Shown here piece by piece: positions 47,416 through 56,807 of a DNA stretch of 64,000 nucleotides. Source of the DNA: Candidatus Neptunichlamydia sp. (GTDB lineage: Bacteria > Chlamydiota > Chlamydiia > Chlamydiales > Simkaniaceae); the NCBI GenBank assembly GCA_965233865.1, contig OZ247587.1, positions 1,440,001 to 1,504,000 on the forward strand, given 5' to 3'. The translations under genes and the position numbers were made by a program. The stretch's first letter is position 1; every line of letters starts with the position of its first letter. The notes beneath the pieces are model-generated. The model had not been told where the DNA came from, did not search any database, and saw nothing but the letters and a program-made list of their open reading frames with translations.

Positions 47416-49043
47416 TTACGGCGTTATTATTTCTTGTCAGTTGGTCTCTTTTTGCTTGGGGTCAACCTCATATTAGCCCTATTCTTTCTGTCATCGCAAG
47501 TAGTTTTGGGTTATCTCTCATGTGGCTTGCACTATTGAGTATTCGGTCTAAGAAGATCCGTTATATTATCTCTGCGCTTTGGTTTTTTGCCGTGCAACTT
47601 GTGCAGCTTTCTTGGTTTGCTTCTCCAACGTATCAAGGAACCTATATCTATTTTGTCTATGGAGGGCTAGCTCTGTGGCTTGGCGCAGAGTTTGGAATAC
47701 TGTCACTCTTTCTCCCAAAAAAGGGGGCAGTTTCCTTTCGGCGCATTTTGGGAATATCAGCGCTTTGGACTCTATTAGAGTGGAGCCGTCTCTTTGTTTT
47801 GTGTGGATTCGCCTGGAATCCGATTGGACTATCTCTAACAGGGTTTAATATCTCATCTCAATTAGCGTCAGTTATTGGAATATTTGGCCTCTCATTTTTA
47901 GTAATGGCGATCAATTTGCTTGGGGTAAACTTGTACTATAGAAGAAGCAAACGTGCCCTTTTGACCTATGGAATTGTTCTTCTCTTCCCCTATTTATTTG
48001 GAGCGATTCATCTAGATTTTCATGGGAAAAGGGATCGAAAAAAGCCTTACCACGTGGCGCTTGTTCAGACAGCGCTACTTCCCGATGAAAAAAACTATTA
48101 CTATGGAAAAGAAGACCGCTTTGTACATCCCTACCTCCAATGGTATTCGATCGTTACCTATTTAAAAAATCTCAGTGATAAGCAGTTGGATCTTATTGTG
48201 CTTCCAGAATATGCGCTTCCTTTTGGATCGCATGCAAAAGTCTATGCATTCAAAGATATGGCCCCTTTTATGGAAGAAGAACTTGGAGATTTATCGTCTC
48301 TTCTTGTTGAGCCCTTTGCTGAAGAGCGGGAGGGAAAATGGTATGTAAGCAATTCCTTTTGGGCGCAGGCACTCGCAGACTACTATCAGGCAGAGCTTGT
48401 GATGGGGTTAGACTCCAAAGATGGAAAAGATCACTATAATGCAGCCTTTCATTTTTCATCTCATGGAGAGAAAGAAGTAACTCGGTATGAAAAAAGAGTC
48501 CTTCTTCCTCTAGCAGAGTATCTTCCGTTTACTTTTTTGAAACCTTTGGTGGTGCGCTATGGCATTACAAACTTTTTTACTCATGGAAAAGGGGCAAAGG
48601 TGATTGGGCAAAATCACCCCATGAGCCTATCGGTTTGTTATGAAGAGTGTTTCCCTCATATCATGCGGGAAGGGAGAATTAAGGGCGCAAAGCTCTTTGT
48701 TAACGTGACCAATGATGGGTGGTATCCTTACTCTCGTCTTCCTGAGGAACACTATATCCATGGGCGCATTCGATCCATAGAAAATGGGGTTCCTCTCCTC
48801 CGAGCGTGCAATACAGGGATTACAGCTGGTGTGGATAGCTTAGGAAGGACGGTTGCGCGGCTTGAGAATGGAGATGGGAGTTTTGAGCTGGGGAAAGGAG
48901 CTCTATTTGTTCCTCTTGACCTTTATTCTTATCCAACCCTTTATACTTTCTGGGGTGATGCCTTTATTGTTTTGATCTCATTAGTTTCCTTGATCTTTTT
49001 AAGGAATCCCCTTGCTGAAAAACGGGAATTTGATTTAAGCTAA
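47412..49043 (+). CDS. lnt: Apolipoprotein N-acyltransferase
   Basis: WTLLEWSR, GFAWNPIG, LPEY, YEKRVLLPLAEY, VCYEE, NVTNDGWY, RACNTG. Confidence 0.94.
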   Translation: MITALLFLVSWSLFAWGQPHISPILSVIASSFGLSLMWLALLSIRSKKIRYIISALWFFAVQLVQLSWFASPTYQGTYIYFVYGGLALWLGAEFGILSLFLPKKGAVSFRRILGISALWTLLEWSRLFVLCGFAWNPIGLSLTGFNISSQLASVIGIFGLSFLVMAINLLGVNLYYRRSKRALLTYGIVLLFPYLFGAIHLDFHGKRDRKKPYHVALVQTALLPDEKNYYYGKEDRFVHPYLQWYSIVTYLKNLSDKQLDLIVLPEYALPFGSHAKVYAFKDMAPFMEEELGDLSSLLVEPFAEEREGKWYVSNSFWAQALADYYQAELVMGLDSKDGKDHYNAAFHFSSHGEKEVTRYEKRVLLPLAEYLPFTFLKPLVVRYGITNFFTHGKGAKVIGQNHPMSLSVCYEECFPHIMREGRIKGAKLFVNVTNDGWYPYSRLPEEHYIHGRIRSIENGVPLLRACNTGITAGVDSLGRTVARLENGDGSFELGKGALFVPLDLYSYPTLYTFWGDAFIVLISLVSLIFLRNPLAEKREFDLS

Positions 49044-49089
49044 GGGGAATTAATTTTGCTTATTTTCAAACGTTTAAACTGGACTCTTC

Positions 49090-49968
49090 ATGGCATCTTC
49101 CGATAAATATTCCACGTCAAGAAAACATCAACGTACCTTAAAAAATTCAGTTTCCCTGTCTGGAACAGGCCTCTTTACTGGAGTGAGTTCTGAAGTCAAG
49201 CTTCGCCCTGCTCCCGAAGGGACAGGGGTTATATTTCAAAGAATGGACCTCCCTGACAAGCCAACCCTTCCTGCCTCTGTTGAATACGTGTGTGAAACAC
49301 CGCGCTGTACCATATTAGGTTCAGGGGATTTTCAAGTTCAAACTGTGGAGCATATCCTTTCTGCAATTAAGGCCTATGAAATCGACAACCTTATTATCGA
49401 AATCGATGGACCAGAAATCCCTAGTTGCGACGGAAGCGCAGTTCCCTTTGTTGAGCTAATTGAAAAAGCGGGAGTTGTTTCTCAGAGCAAAACAAAAAAA
49501 ATCCATCACTTAGAAGTTCCTGTTTTCTGGTCAAAGGGAGATGTTCATCTTGTCGCTCTTCCTTCCGAGGAATTCCGGATTAGCTATACACTGAACTATC
49601 CAACATGTGAGCTTTTGAAATCACAGTTCTTTACTGTCCATATCAACGAAGAAATTTACAAAGAAGAAATTGCTCCTGCGCGAACCTTTTCCCTTTATGA
49701 AGAAGTTGTCCCTCTGATTGAAAAGGGGAATATTAAAGGAGGACGCCTTGACAATGCCGTGATTATTAAAGGAGATTCGATTTTGAATCCAGAAGGAGTC
49801 CGCTACAAAGACGAAATGGTGCGGCATAAGATCCTAGATCTTATTGGAGACCTTTCCCTTGTTGGACAATCTTTTATTGCCCACATCATTGCAATTCGAT
49901 CGGGTCATTTTTCTAACACATCATTTGCGAAAGAGCTTGTGAGTAATTTCACTATGGAGAACCATTGA
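49090..49968 (+). CDS. lpxC: UDP-3-O-acyl-GlcNAc deacetylase
   Basis: TVEHILSA, EIPSCDGSA, IAPARTF, RHKILDLIGDL. Confidence 0.96.
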   Translation: MASSDKYSTSRKHQRTLKNSVSLSGTGLFTGVSSEVKLRPAPEGTGVIFQRMDLPDKPTLPASVEYVCETPRCTILGSGDFQVQTVEHILSAIKAYEIDNLIIEIDGPEIPSCDGSAVPFVELIEKAGVVSQSKTKKIHHLEVPVFWSKGDVHLVALPSEEFRISYTLNYPTCELLKSQFFTVHINEEIYKEEIAPARTFSLYEEVVPLIEKGNIKGGRLDNAVIIKGDSILNPEGVRYKDEMVRHKILDLIGDLSLVGQSFIAHIIAIRSGHFSNTSFAKELVSNFTMENH

Positions 49969-50435
49969 TGACTACTGAAGACTCCACTTCAAAAACGATC
50001 CTTAACATCAAACAAATTCGCGACATTCTTCCCCATAGGTATCCCTTTCTGCTTGTAGATCGAGTTACTGAGCTTGATTTAGAGGCTAACGACATTGTAG
50101 CAATCAAGTGTGTGTCGATGAACGAAGAATTTTTTCAAGGACACTTTCCTCAGGCTCCTATTATGCCAGGAGTTTTGATCCTGGAAGCCTTGGCTCAGAC
50201 TGGAGGGATCCTTATCCACCAAAAGGGGTTTCAAGAGAAAACAGCTGTCCTTTTGAGCGTGACCAAAGCAAAGTTTCGCCGTCCTGCACTGCCTGGTGAT
50301 GTGATTACTATGTATGTTCATGGTCAGCACTTAAGTGCTAAGGGAGGGAAAATCCAAGCAAAAGCAAAAGTTGCCGGGGAGTTAGCTGTCGAAGCAGAAA
50401 TTGGATTTGCACTCACTAGTTTTGAACAGATTTAG
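49965..50435 (+). CDS. fabZ: 3-hydroxyacyl-ACP dehydratase
   Basis: LPHRYPFLLVDRV, FFQGHFP..PIMPGVLILEALAQ. Confidence 0.97.
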   Translation: MMTTEDSTSKTILNIKQIRDILPHRYPFLLVDRVTELDLEANDIVAIKCVSMNEEFFQGHFPQAPIMPGVLILEALAQTGGILIHQKGFQEKTAVLLSVTKAKFRRPALPGDVITMYVHGQHLSAKGGKIQAKAKVAGELAVEAEIGFALTSFEQI

Positions 50436-50446
50436 GAAACGCATTC

Positions 50447-51277
50447 ATGTCTAATATTCATCCTACAGCGATTGTCGAAGAAGGAGCTCAGCTCGGAGAA
50501 AATGTTACTTTAGAACCTTACGCAATTGTTAAAAAGAATGTGGTTCTAGGCAACAATGTAACAATTAAATCCCACGCCTACATCGATGGGCATACAACGA
50601 TTGGAGAGGGAAGCACAATTTATCCCTCTGCAAGTATTGGGACCAAAACGCAGGCTAAGAAATTTCATGGGGAAGTAACCTATGTCAATATTGGAAAGCA
50701 CTGCGAAATTCGCGAGTTTGTGACCATCAATTCCTCATGCGATGAAGGTTCAACCGTTGAGGTTGGGAATCATTGTTTGATTATGGCTTACTGTCATATT
50801 GCCCACCACTGCAAGGTGGGTAATCATGTCATTATGGCAAATGGAGCAATGCTTGCTGGACATGTAGAGATTCAAGACTATGCCAATATCGGGGGAATGA
50901 CCCCAATCCATCAGTTTGTTCGAGTGGGAGCTTACGCTATGGTAGGGGGGCTTAGTCGAATTACTAATGATATTCCTCCTTATACATTAGGCGCTGGAAT
51001 TCCTTATCGCATTGCAGGGCTCAACCTGATTGGGCTGAAAAGACATGATTTTAATCTCGAGCTTCGAAAAAATCTCACTAAAGCTTACAAACTCACTTAC
51101 CGCTCTGGAGCTCAGCTGCGAGAAGCTCTTGAGCGCGTTGAAAACGAAGTGGAAAAAAGTCCTGTGATTAACCACTGGATTGACTTTTGCAAAAGCTCAA
51201 AGCGGGGGCTTATCGGCCTGCAACCCGTAGGACATGGAAATGGAATCCTTGATATCAAAGATCTTTTAGAAGAGTGA
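50447..51277 (+). CDS. lpxA: Acyl-ACP--UDP-GlcNAc O-acyltransferase
   Basis: IHPTAIV, hexapeptide repeats, IREFVTI, HIAHHC, LAGHV, HQFVRVG. Confidence 0.96.
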   Translation: MSNIHPTAIVEEGAQLGENVTLEPYAIVKKNVVLGNNVTIKSHAYIDGHTTIGEGSTIYPSASIGTKTQAKKFHGEVTYVNIGKHCEIREFVTINSSCDEGSTVEVGNHCLIMAYCHIAHHCKVGNHVIMANGAMLAGHVEIQDYANIGGMTPIHQFVRVGAYAMVGGLSRITNDIPPYTLGAGIPYRIAGLNLIGLKRHDFNLELRKNLTKAYKLTYRSGAQLREALERVENEVEKSPVINHWIDFCKSSKRGLIGLQPVGHGNGILDIKDLLEE

Positions 51278-51439
51278 GTCACTTGCAAAGCTCTATATCA
51301 TTTCTTTTTAATCTTTTTCACAAATTTACCCATGTAATGCAAGCATCCTACCCTAAAGGGGGTGTGAGTTTTTATTGCAGAGCTAACTGCGCAAAAAATC
51401 TTCAAGAATCGACTGATCAGGAGCTTAGCAAGTGACTCA
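51275..51439. mobile_element. MITE-like element with 19-bp terminal inverted repeats
   Basis: TGAGTCACTTGCAAAGCTC (51275-51293) versus GAGCTTAGCAAGTGACTCA (51421-51439), 1 mismatch; flanked by AG on both sides. Confidence 0.7.
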
Positions 51440-52364
51440 AGTGAAAATCGTTTACTTTGGAACCCCTCCCATTGCCGCAGAAGTCCTAGACTTTCTAAGT
51501 AAAAATGGAGTTGAAGTTCTTGCTATCGTCACTAAAGGCGATAAGCCGCGGGGTCGGAGTGGTACGCCAGTTTTTTCGGCTGTAAAAGAGCTTGCTTTAG
51601 AAAAATTCCCTAACATTCCCCTATATCAACCTGATAAAGCCTCAACGTCGGCCTTTGAAGAAGAATTGCGCCTTTTTGGTGCTGATCTCTTTGTTGTTTT
51701 TGCTTACGGAGAGATTATTAAGCAAAACATTTTGAACCTTCCTCGCTATGGTTGCATAAACCTTCACCCCTCTCTTTTGCCTAAATACCGGGGGCCAGCA
51801 CCCATCCGTTTTGTGTTATTAGATGGTGCCAAAGAAACAGGTGTTTCCGTGATTGAAATGGCATTAAAAATGGATGCTGGGGACCTTCTTGCTCAAGAGA
51901 AAGTATCTATTCCTTTGGACATGGATTGCGAGCAACTTGAAAGAGTGTTGATACCACTTGGGGCAGAAACTCTGCTCAAAGTGATTCAAAACTATGCTTA
52001 CCATGATGAGCGTAAAACGCCGCAGGATCCAACTCTTGCGACCTACGTTCAAAAAATTGATGCAACAATGGCAGAGATTGACTGGAATCAAAGTGCCGAG
52101 ACAATTCATAATCAAATACGAGCCTTTAGCCCTAAGCCTGGAGCTTGGTGCAATGTAGTGGTTAATGGAAAACCCAAGAGGCTTAAGATATTTGGCACTA
52201 CTCCAACGGTTGAGGCTCCTCAATATCAAAAAGATCAATGGGTAGTCTCTTGCGGCGCTGGCAACCTATCCCTTCTAGACCTCCAGTTAGAGGGAAAAAA
52301 GCGCCTTACTATCTCTGAGTTTATTAGAGGATTTCAAAGAGCTCCGTCCTTAAGACCCGTTTAA
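51432..52364 (+). CDS. fmt: Methionyl-tRNA formyltransferase (probable start GTG 51441)
   Basis: YFGTP, INLHPSLLPKYRGPAPI, MDAGD, QIRAFSPKPGAW, QLEGKK. Confidence 0.96.
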   Translation: MTQVKIVYFGTPPIAAEVLDFLSKNGVEVLAIVTKGDKPRGRSGTPVFSAVKELALEKFPNIPLYQPDKASTSAFEEELRLFGADLFVVFAYGEIIKQNILNLPRYGCINLHPSLLPKYRGPAPIRFVLLDGAKETGVSVIEMALKMDAGDLLAQEKVSIPLDMDCEQLERVLIPLGAETLLKVIQNYAYHDERKTPQDPTLATYVQKIDATMAEIDWNQSAETIHNQIRAFSPKPGAWCNVVVNGKPKRLKIFGTTPTVEAPQYQKDQWVVSCGAGNLSLLDLQLEGKKRLTISEFIRGFQRAPSLRPV

Positions 52365-52434
52365 GAATCAGTTGACTGTTTAAACTGGCTGCACCTTGCT
52401 TCATTCAAGTAGTCAACTTATTCTTAAACGGGCC
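52354..52434. mobile_element. Short palindromic MITE/REP-like element with 24-bp inverted repeats
   Basis: GACCCGTTTAAGAATCAGTTGACT versus AGTCAACTTATTCTTAAACGGGCC (2 mismatches); CTTAA direct repeats at 52349-52353 and 52435-52439. Confidence 0.65.
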
Positions 52435-52458
52435 CTTAAATTAAAATATTTATTTACC

Positions 52459-52487
52459 TTTACACTTTTTTAATATTCTTCTATAAT
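52459..52487 (+). promoter_or_regulatory. Sigma66/sigma70-type promoter
   Basis: TTTACA-N17-TATAAT, 41 bp before the 52529 ATG. Confidence 0.6.
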
Positions 52488-52528
52488 GTCCCCTCGATTA
52501 AAGCAATAAAAACGATAGGTAACGAATT

Positions 52529-54094
52529 ATGGTAACTGAAACTTCATTTCCACTAGCCTCACAATCTCGTGCGGCACTTGATTTTATGAATACCTGGCAA
52601 AACACTCTTCTAATTGGAAGTTGCGTAACCTATTGGGCTGGACGCGTTGTTCTTCCTCTTTTGGGGAAGTCTGCTGAAAACCACCCTTATCTATCAAAAA
52701 TGAACGCCCAATTCAACTCATTTTGGGCTTTTGGAGATTTTGCAAAAATCTCAAGCTCTTTCTTTGTTTTGGGGAGCGATATAGCGACAGCTAATAGTGG
52801 TCGACAGCTAAAAGCTATTCGAAAAGGAGAGTGGAATGAAAAGGAGGAGAGGTGGATCCACCGTCCAAACGCTGAGATGACCCTTAACGGCAATCGTTAC
52901 ACATGGGCTGCCTATCGCTCGCTTGCTACGCTTTTAAAAATGTTTTCCGCTTATATTGCGGTGCATGCAGGATTGAAATCAGTAGGAGCTCTTAAAGCAG
53001 AACCAAGCTCAATGATGAAAACTTGCGGCGCCGCTGCAGGCTTAGCTGGTTTAGGAATCGACTTTTATGACGTTCAATCACGCAAAAAGGACTATGCAGA
53101 AGACAATCTATATAAAAGTTTATGTCATTCTGACTTAAAAGACCCAACTAAAGCAGAATTTGATAATGCCTATATAAAAGATTTATCCTATAGTCAAGCG
53201 AGTAGGGTGATTGGTATATGCGCGAAGGTGATTGCACTTCTTTCCATTCTATCTAAAGCTGAACCTAGCGGATTTGTGGGTCGCGTCATGAAGAACCCTT
53301 ACATGGGAAAGATATTAGAAAATTCAGATGATATTTCTAATGGGCTGCTTATTGGGTTGATTGGGATTTCGGGTGTTCAACAAGTGGACGTGGGTGCCAA
53401 TAAAAACAAATGGACAGGGAAGGCTGGGACTTGGTGGGCTAAATATGCGATCAAAAGTTTTCCGGAATCTCGCGAGTTTATCCGATTGGTTGAAGGGACG
53501 GCGACAACTCTTACGGACTTCGGATATGATGTTTTAGCAGGAATAGACATTGGGTCATTAGGGAAGTTTGCAAAGTCATTTGATAGCTTTCTCTATGTGC
53601 CCAAAATTTCTGAGCGAACTGGTGGTTTGATCGATAAGGTTGGGGATGTCATAAAAGAACGCAGTTCGCGTAACATTTGGAAAACTGTTTTTGCTATCGT
53701 CAAGCTTTTTGCTGATACTTTTGCAGCGCTTAAGTTTATTGGAGCTTTTGAGGGCGTTGTTTACTTATCAGGTCGAGTCAAGGGGCTTGGGTATTTGAAA
53801 AATGGATTTAGCTCTATCGGAGCGATCATGGCGATTTCAGAAGAAGTATTCTTCTGTGAGATTAAGGAGGGTAAGGGGGACAAGAAGCCTCTTATTCAGA
53901 GAACTCTGATTGTTCTGGGCAGCACAGGATCTCTTTTCCTCAATGGAATGGGAGGGTTGGCCTCTGCATTTAGTGATAAAATTATTGTTCCTGATGTAAA
54001 CAAGAACTTCAAGCCAGGGGTTTACAACTTCGTAAAGGTAAGCAGTACTGCCTTGGCAGCGATTAATATATTTATTAGCGCTCCTGCAGAGTAA
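52529..54094 (+). CDS. Hypothetical multi-helix membrane protein, candidate secreted effector (cap1 position)
   Basis: 521 aa, several Gly/Ala-rich hydrophobic and amphipathic helices, no Sec signal, own promoter and terminator, between fmt and rplC. Confidence 0.75.
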   Translation: MVTETSFPLASQSRAALDFMNTWQNTLLIGSCVTYWAGRVVLPLLGKSAENHPYLSKMNAQFNSFWAFGDFAKISSSFFVLGSDIATANSGRQLKAIRKGEWNEKEERWIHRPNAEMTLNGNRYTWAAYRSLATLLKMFSAYIAVHAGLKSVGALKAEPSSMMKTCGAAAGLAGLGIDFYDVQSRKKDYAEDNLYKSLCHSDLKDPTKAEFDNAYIKDLSYSQASRVIGICAKVIALLSILSKAEPSGFVGRVMKNPYMGKILENSDDISNGLLIGLIGISGVQQVDVGANKNKWTGKAGTWWAKYAIKSFPESREFIRLVEGTATTLTDFGYDVLAGIDIGSLGKFAKSFDSFLYVPKISERTGGLIDKVGDVIKERSSRNIWKTVFAIVKLFADTFAALKFIGAFEGVVYLSGRVKGLGYLKNGFSSIGAIMAISEEVFFCEIKEGKGDKKPLIQRTLIVLGSTGSLFLNGMGGLASAFSDKIIVPDVNKNFKPGVYNFVKVSSTALAAINIFISAPAE

Positions 54095-54106
54095 GAATAA
54101 TTAAAG

Positions 54107-54137
54107 AAAAAACCCTTCCAAATCGGAAGGTTTTTTT
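54107..54137 (+). terminator. Intrinsic terminator
   Basis: AAAAAAC-CCTTCC-AAATC-GGAAGG-TTTTTTT. Confidence 0.8.
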
Positions 54138-54159
54138 AGCCCAGAGGTTAAAATAATAA

Positions 54160-54855
54160 ATGTATACTGCAATTACCCCGCCGCTTCCTCCTGGACTATC
54201 AAGAGAGCTATTTCACCAAACCTATCTGTCTTCGTCACATTACCCTGATAAAGATCTTGCAGAGGGGGCGATTTCTCTGCTTTTTCTTATGGATTACTTT
54301 GTTGAGTTCATGCGTATTCCCTATTTATATATAGAAATACAGAGGATTCAAAAAGTGATAGAAAAAGGAGGGGCATTCAAAAGCTCTCTTGAGCTTCGCT
54401 ATCAAATACTCTCTACTTTTGCCAATGCTTTAGAGATCTTCATTTTGCTTTGTGAGAAGAAGTTCGTCAACATTACAAAGAGAAGAACGAAATCTCTTCA
54501 GGGAATAGGGTATTTCGCTCGGATGGTTCTCTATGAGTATGCAGTAAGAAAAGAAAGTGCAGCATTTATCAAATGTCAAAGGTTGAGGAGGCTCACCCCA
54601 GGTATTATAAAAAAAACAGAATACAAGTACCTAAAAATGAGTCTAATTTCCCATTCAGCATTTCTTGGGTGGGTGACAATGAGTTTTATAACCCATATTA
54701 AGGGGGTTCCGTATCCTTCCCCTTTTCTTAGAATGCTACATTTTACAAGCGTTTCCTTTGGTCTCATTTCAATGGGATACGACAAGGATTCAGAGGTAAG
54801 ACTTTTTTTTCGAATCATGTCACCACACTTTCCAGATGGACAGATATACCGATGA
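54160..54855 (+). CDS. Hypothetical helical membrane protein
   Basis: 231-aa ORF, GAGG SD, hydrophobic C-terminal helices. Confidence 0.65.
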   Translation: MYTAITPPLPPGLSRELFHQTYLSSSHYPDKDLAEGAISLLFLMDYFVEFMRIPYLYIEIQRIQKVIEKGGAFKSSLELRYQILSTFANALEIFILLCEKKFVNITKRRTKSLQGIGYFARMVLYEYAVRKESAAFIKCQRLRRLTPGIIKKTEYKYLKMSLISHSAFLGWVTMSFITHIKGVPYPSPFLRMLHFTSVSFGLISMGYDKDSEVRLFFRIMSPHFPDGQIYR

Positions 54856-55025
54856 GGGCGCGGCTTCAGAGTCAAGAATGGGGTCTCTTAATATCTTTAA
54901 TTGCCCTGTTCTTAGTGCTGGTCGTCATTGCATATTCAACCAAAGATTGCGTTGATCCTTCAATACAGAATTTCTTTAATACTGAAAAAATCCAAGAAGT
55001 TGGAAATTTTGATTGTACAAAATAG
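54852..55025 (+). CDS. Small single-TM protein, 57 aa (MRARLQSQEWGLLISLIALFLVLVVIAYS...)
   Basis: ATGA overlap with the upstream stop; one clear transmembrane segment. Confidence 0.5.
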   Translation: MRARLQSQEWGLLISLIALFLVLVVIAYSTKDCVDPSIQNFFNTEKIQEVGNFDCTK

Positions 55026-55143
55026 ATCCTTTTGATAACCTTTTCGCTTTAGCCATAAATAGCGTGGTCTCATTTTAGATGACTCCGCTGTTGCTCAATA
55101 GTGTAAACAAGATCGAATCGAAATTCGAGAAAAGGAAATAAAT

Positions 55144-55797
55144 ATGTCACTAAAGCTGATGGGCAAAAAGAGGGGGATGACCCGTGTGTATGATGAAAAG
55201 GGCAACCTTATAGTCTGCACGCTCATTACCGCCGAGCCCAATGTAATCGTCCAAGTGAAGAGTCAAGAAAAGGATGGTTATTCTGCAGTTCAACTTGGAG
55301 CTGTAAAGGTTCCCGAGTCCAAAAAGAAGAATGTCTCAAAGCCTCTTATTGGTCACTTTGCACGTGCTAAAGCGGAGCCTAGACGTCATCTGCTAGAATC
55401 CCGAATTAATAATGCTGAAGAGTATGAATTAGGTCAGGAAGTTGGAGTTGATTACTTTGCTGATGTTGAGTTTGTGGACGTGTGTGGCACCTCTAAGGGA
55501 AAGGGATTTCAAGGGGTTATCAAACGTCATAATTTTGCTGGAGGACCAGCTTCTCACGGATCAGGCTTTCACCGTAGTGCAGGATCGACAGGAATGAGAA
55601 GTACACCCGGCCGTAGTTTGCCAGGAGTTAAGAAAGCTGGTCAAATGGGATCGCAGAAGGTTACTACCGAAAACCTCAAAGTGGTCCGCATTGATGCTGA
55701 AAAACAAATTATTTTAGTCAAAGGAGCTGTTCCAGGAGCAAAGAACAGTCTTCTTTATATCCGGAAATCGGTAAAGAAAACACCTGCAAAAAAATAG
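55144..55797 (+). CDS. rplC: 50S ribosomal protein L3
   Basis: GKKRGMT, DGYSAVQLG, SKGKGFQGVIKRH, KGAVPG. Confidence 0.98.
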   Translation: MSLKLMGKKRGMTRVYDEKGNLIVCTLITAEPNVIVQVKSQEKDGYSAVQLGAVKVPESKKKNVSKPLIGHFARAKAEPRRHLLESRINNAEEYELGQEVGVDYFADVEFVDVCGTSKGKGFQGVIKRHNFAGGPASHGSGFHRSAGSTGMRSTPGRSLPGVKKAGQMGSQKVTTENLKVVRIDAEKQIILVKGAVPGAKNSLLYIRKSVKKTPAKK

Positions 55798-55806
55798 GAA
55801 TAGACT

Positions 55807-56460
55807 GTGCCGAAGCTGAAAAAATACGATTTACAAGGAAAAGAGATTGAAGAGGTTTCTGTTGAAGAAGGCCTTCTTCAGGTTTCTGTCAATCCGCAAC
55901 TGATAAAAGATTATATCGTTGCTGTGCGGAAGAATGCGCGCCAGTGGAGCGCCAATACGAAGGGGCGATCTGAAATTGCTCTTTCTAATGCCAAGCCTCA
56001 TCCCCAGAAAGGAACGGGAAAAGCTCGCCAAGGGTGTACAAAAACTTCCCAGTACCGTAAAGGAGCTGTTGTTTTTGGTCCAAAGCCAAAATTTGATCAA
56101 CATGTCCGCATCAACCGAAAAGAAAGACGGGCAGCGATTCACTATATTCTTGCTCAAAAGGTGATGGATGGACAGATCAGGTTTCTTAATTTAAGCGGCT
56201 TAAAAGAGCCCAAGACCAAGTCGATTTGTAAATTTTTAGATGCAGCTGGTCTCAATAAAAAGAAAGTTCTTTTCCTTTGTGATGAAGGAAATGAGACGCA
56301 GAGAGAACGCACCAATTTTTACTTGAGCATGCGAAATATTCCAGGGGCAAGGTTTATGCCAGTTTCAAGTGTTAGTGGGTACGATCTAATGAGAACTCAA
56401 GAACTGGTTGTTATTGATTCAGCTCAAAAACAACTCTTAAACGCAATGGGGGGAGAGTAG
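55807..56460 (+). CDS. rplD: 50S ribosomal protein L4
   Basis: TKGRSE, QKGTGKARQG, FGPKP. Confidence 0.97.
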   Translation: MPKLKKYDLQGKEIEEVSVEEGLLQVSVNPQLIKDYIVAVRKNARQWSANTKGRSEIALSNAKPHPQKGTGKARQGCTKTSQYRKGAVVFGPKPKFDQHVRINRKERRAAIHYILAQKVMDGQIRFLNLSGLKEPKTKSICKFLDAAGLNKKKVLFLCDEGNETQRERTNFYLSMRNIPGARFMPVSSVSGYDLMRTQELVVIDSAQKQLLNAMGGE

Positions 56461-56799
56461 ATGAAAGAGAGAAACCCTTACCACGTTATTAAATCACGAC
56501 ACGTCACTGAAAAGACGACCGTTCTTGGAGGACTCCAGCACTCGGTTAGCAACAAATGCGTAGCCAAGTGCACAAGCCCCAAGGTTGTTTTTATCGTTGA
56601 TAAAAACGCAAATAAGAATGAGATTTCTCGCGCAGTTGAGGAGATCTACAAGGATAAAAAGATAAAAGTGAAAGGTGTGAATACCATCAATATGAAACCA
56701 AAGAAACGCCGTGTTCGAGGGTTCAAAGGTTTTCGCGCTGCAGTGAAAAAAGCAATCGTCACACTCGAGAGTGGTGATACAATTGACGATGCAGTTTAG
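56461..56799 (+). CDS. rplW: 50S ribosomal protein L23
   Basis: VTEK, ANKNEI, KKAIVTL; operon position. Confidence 0.96.
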   Translation: MKERNPYHVIKSRHVTEKTTVLGGLQHSVSNKCVAKCTSPKVVFIVDKNANKNEISRAVEEIYKDKKIKVKGVNTINMKPKKRRVRGFKGFRAAVKKAIVTLESGDTIDDAV

Positions 56800-56807
56800 G
56801 AGAAACA

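Noticed and set aside
55061..55090. Hairpin in the rplC leader as an autoregulatory element
   Set aside because: Imperfect stem with no recognisable leader family; not enough support
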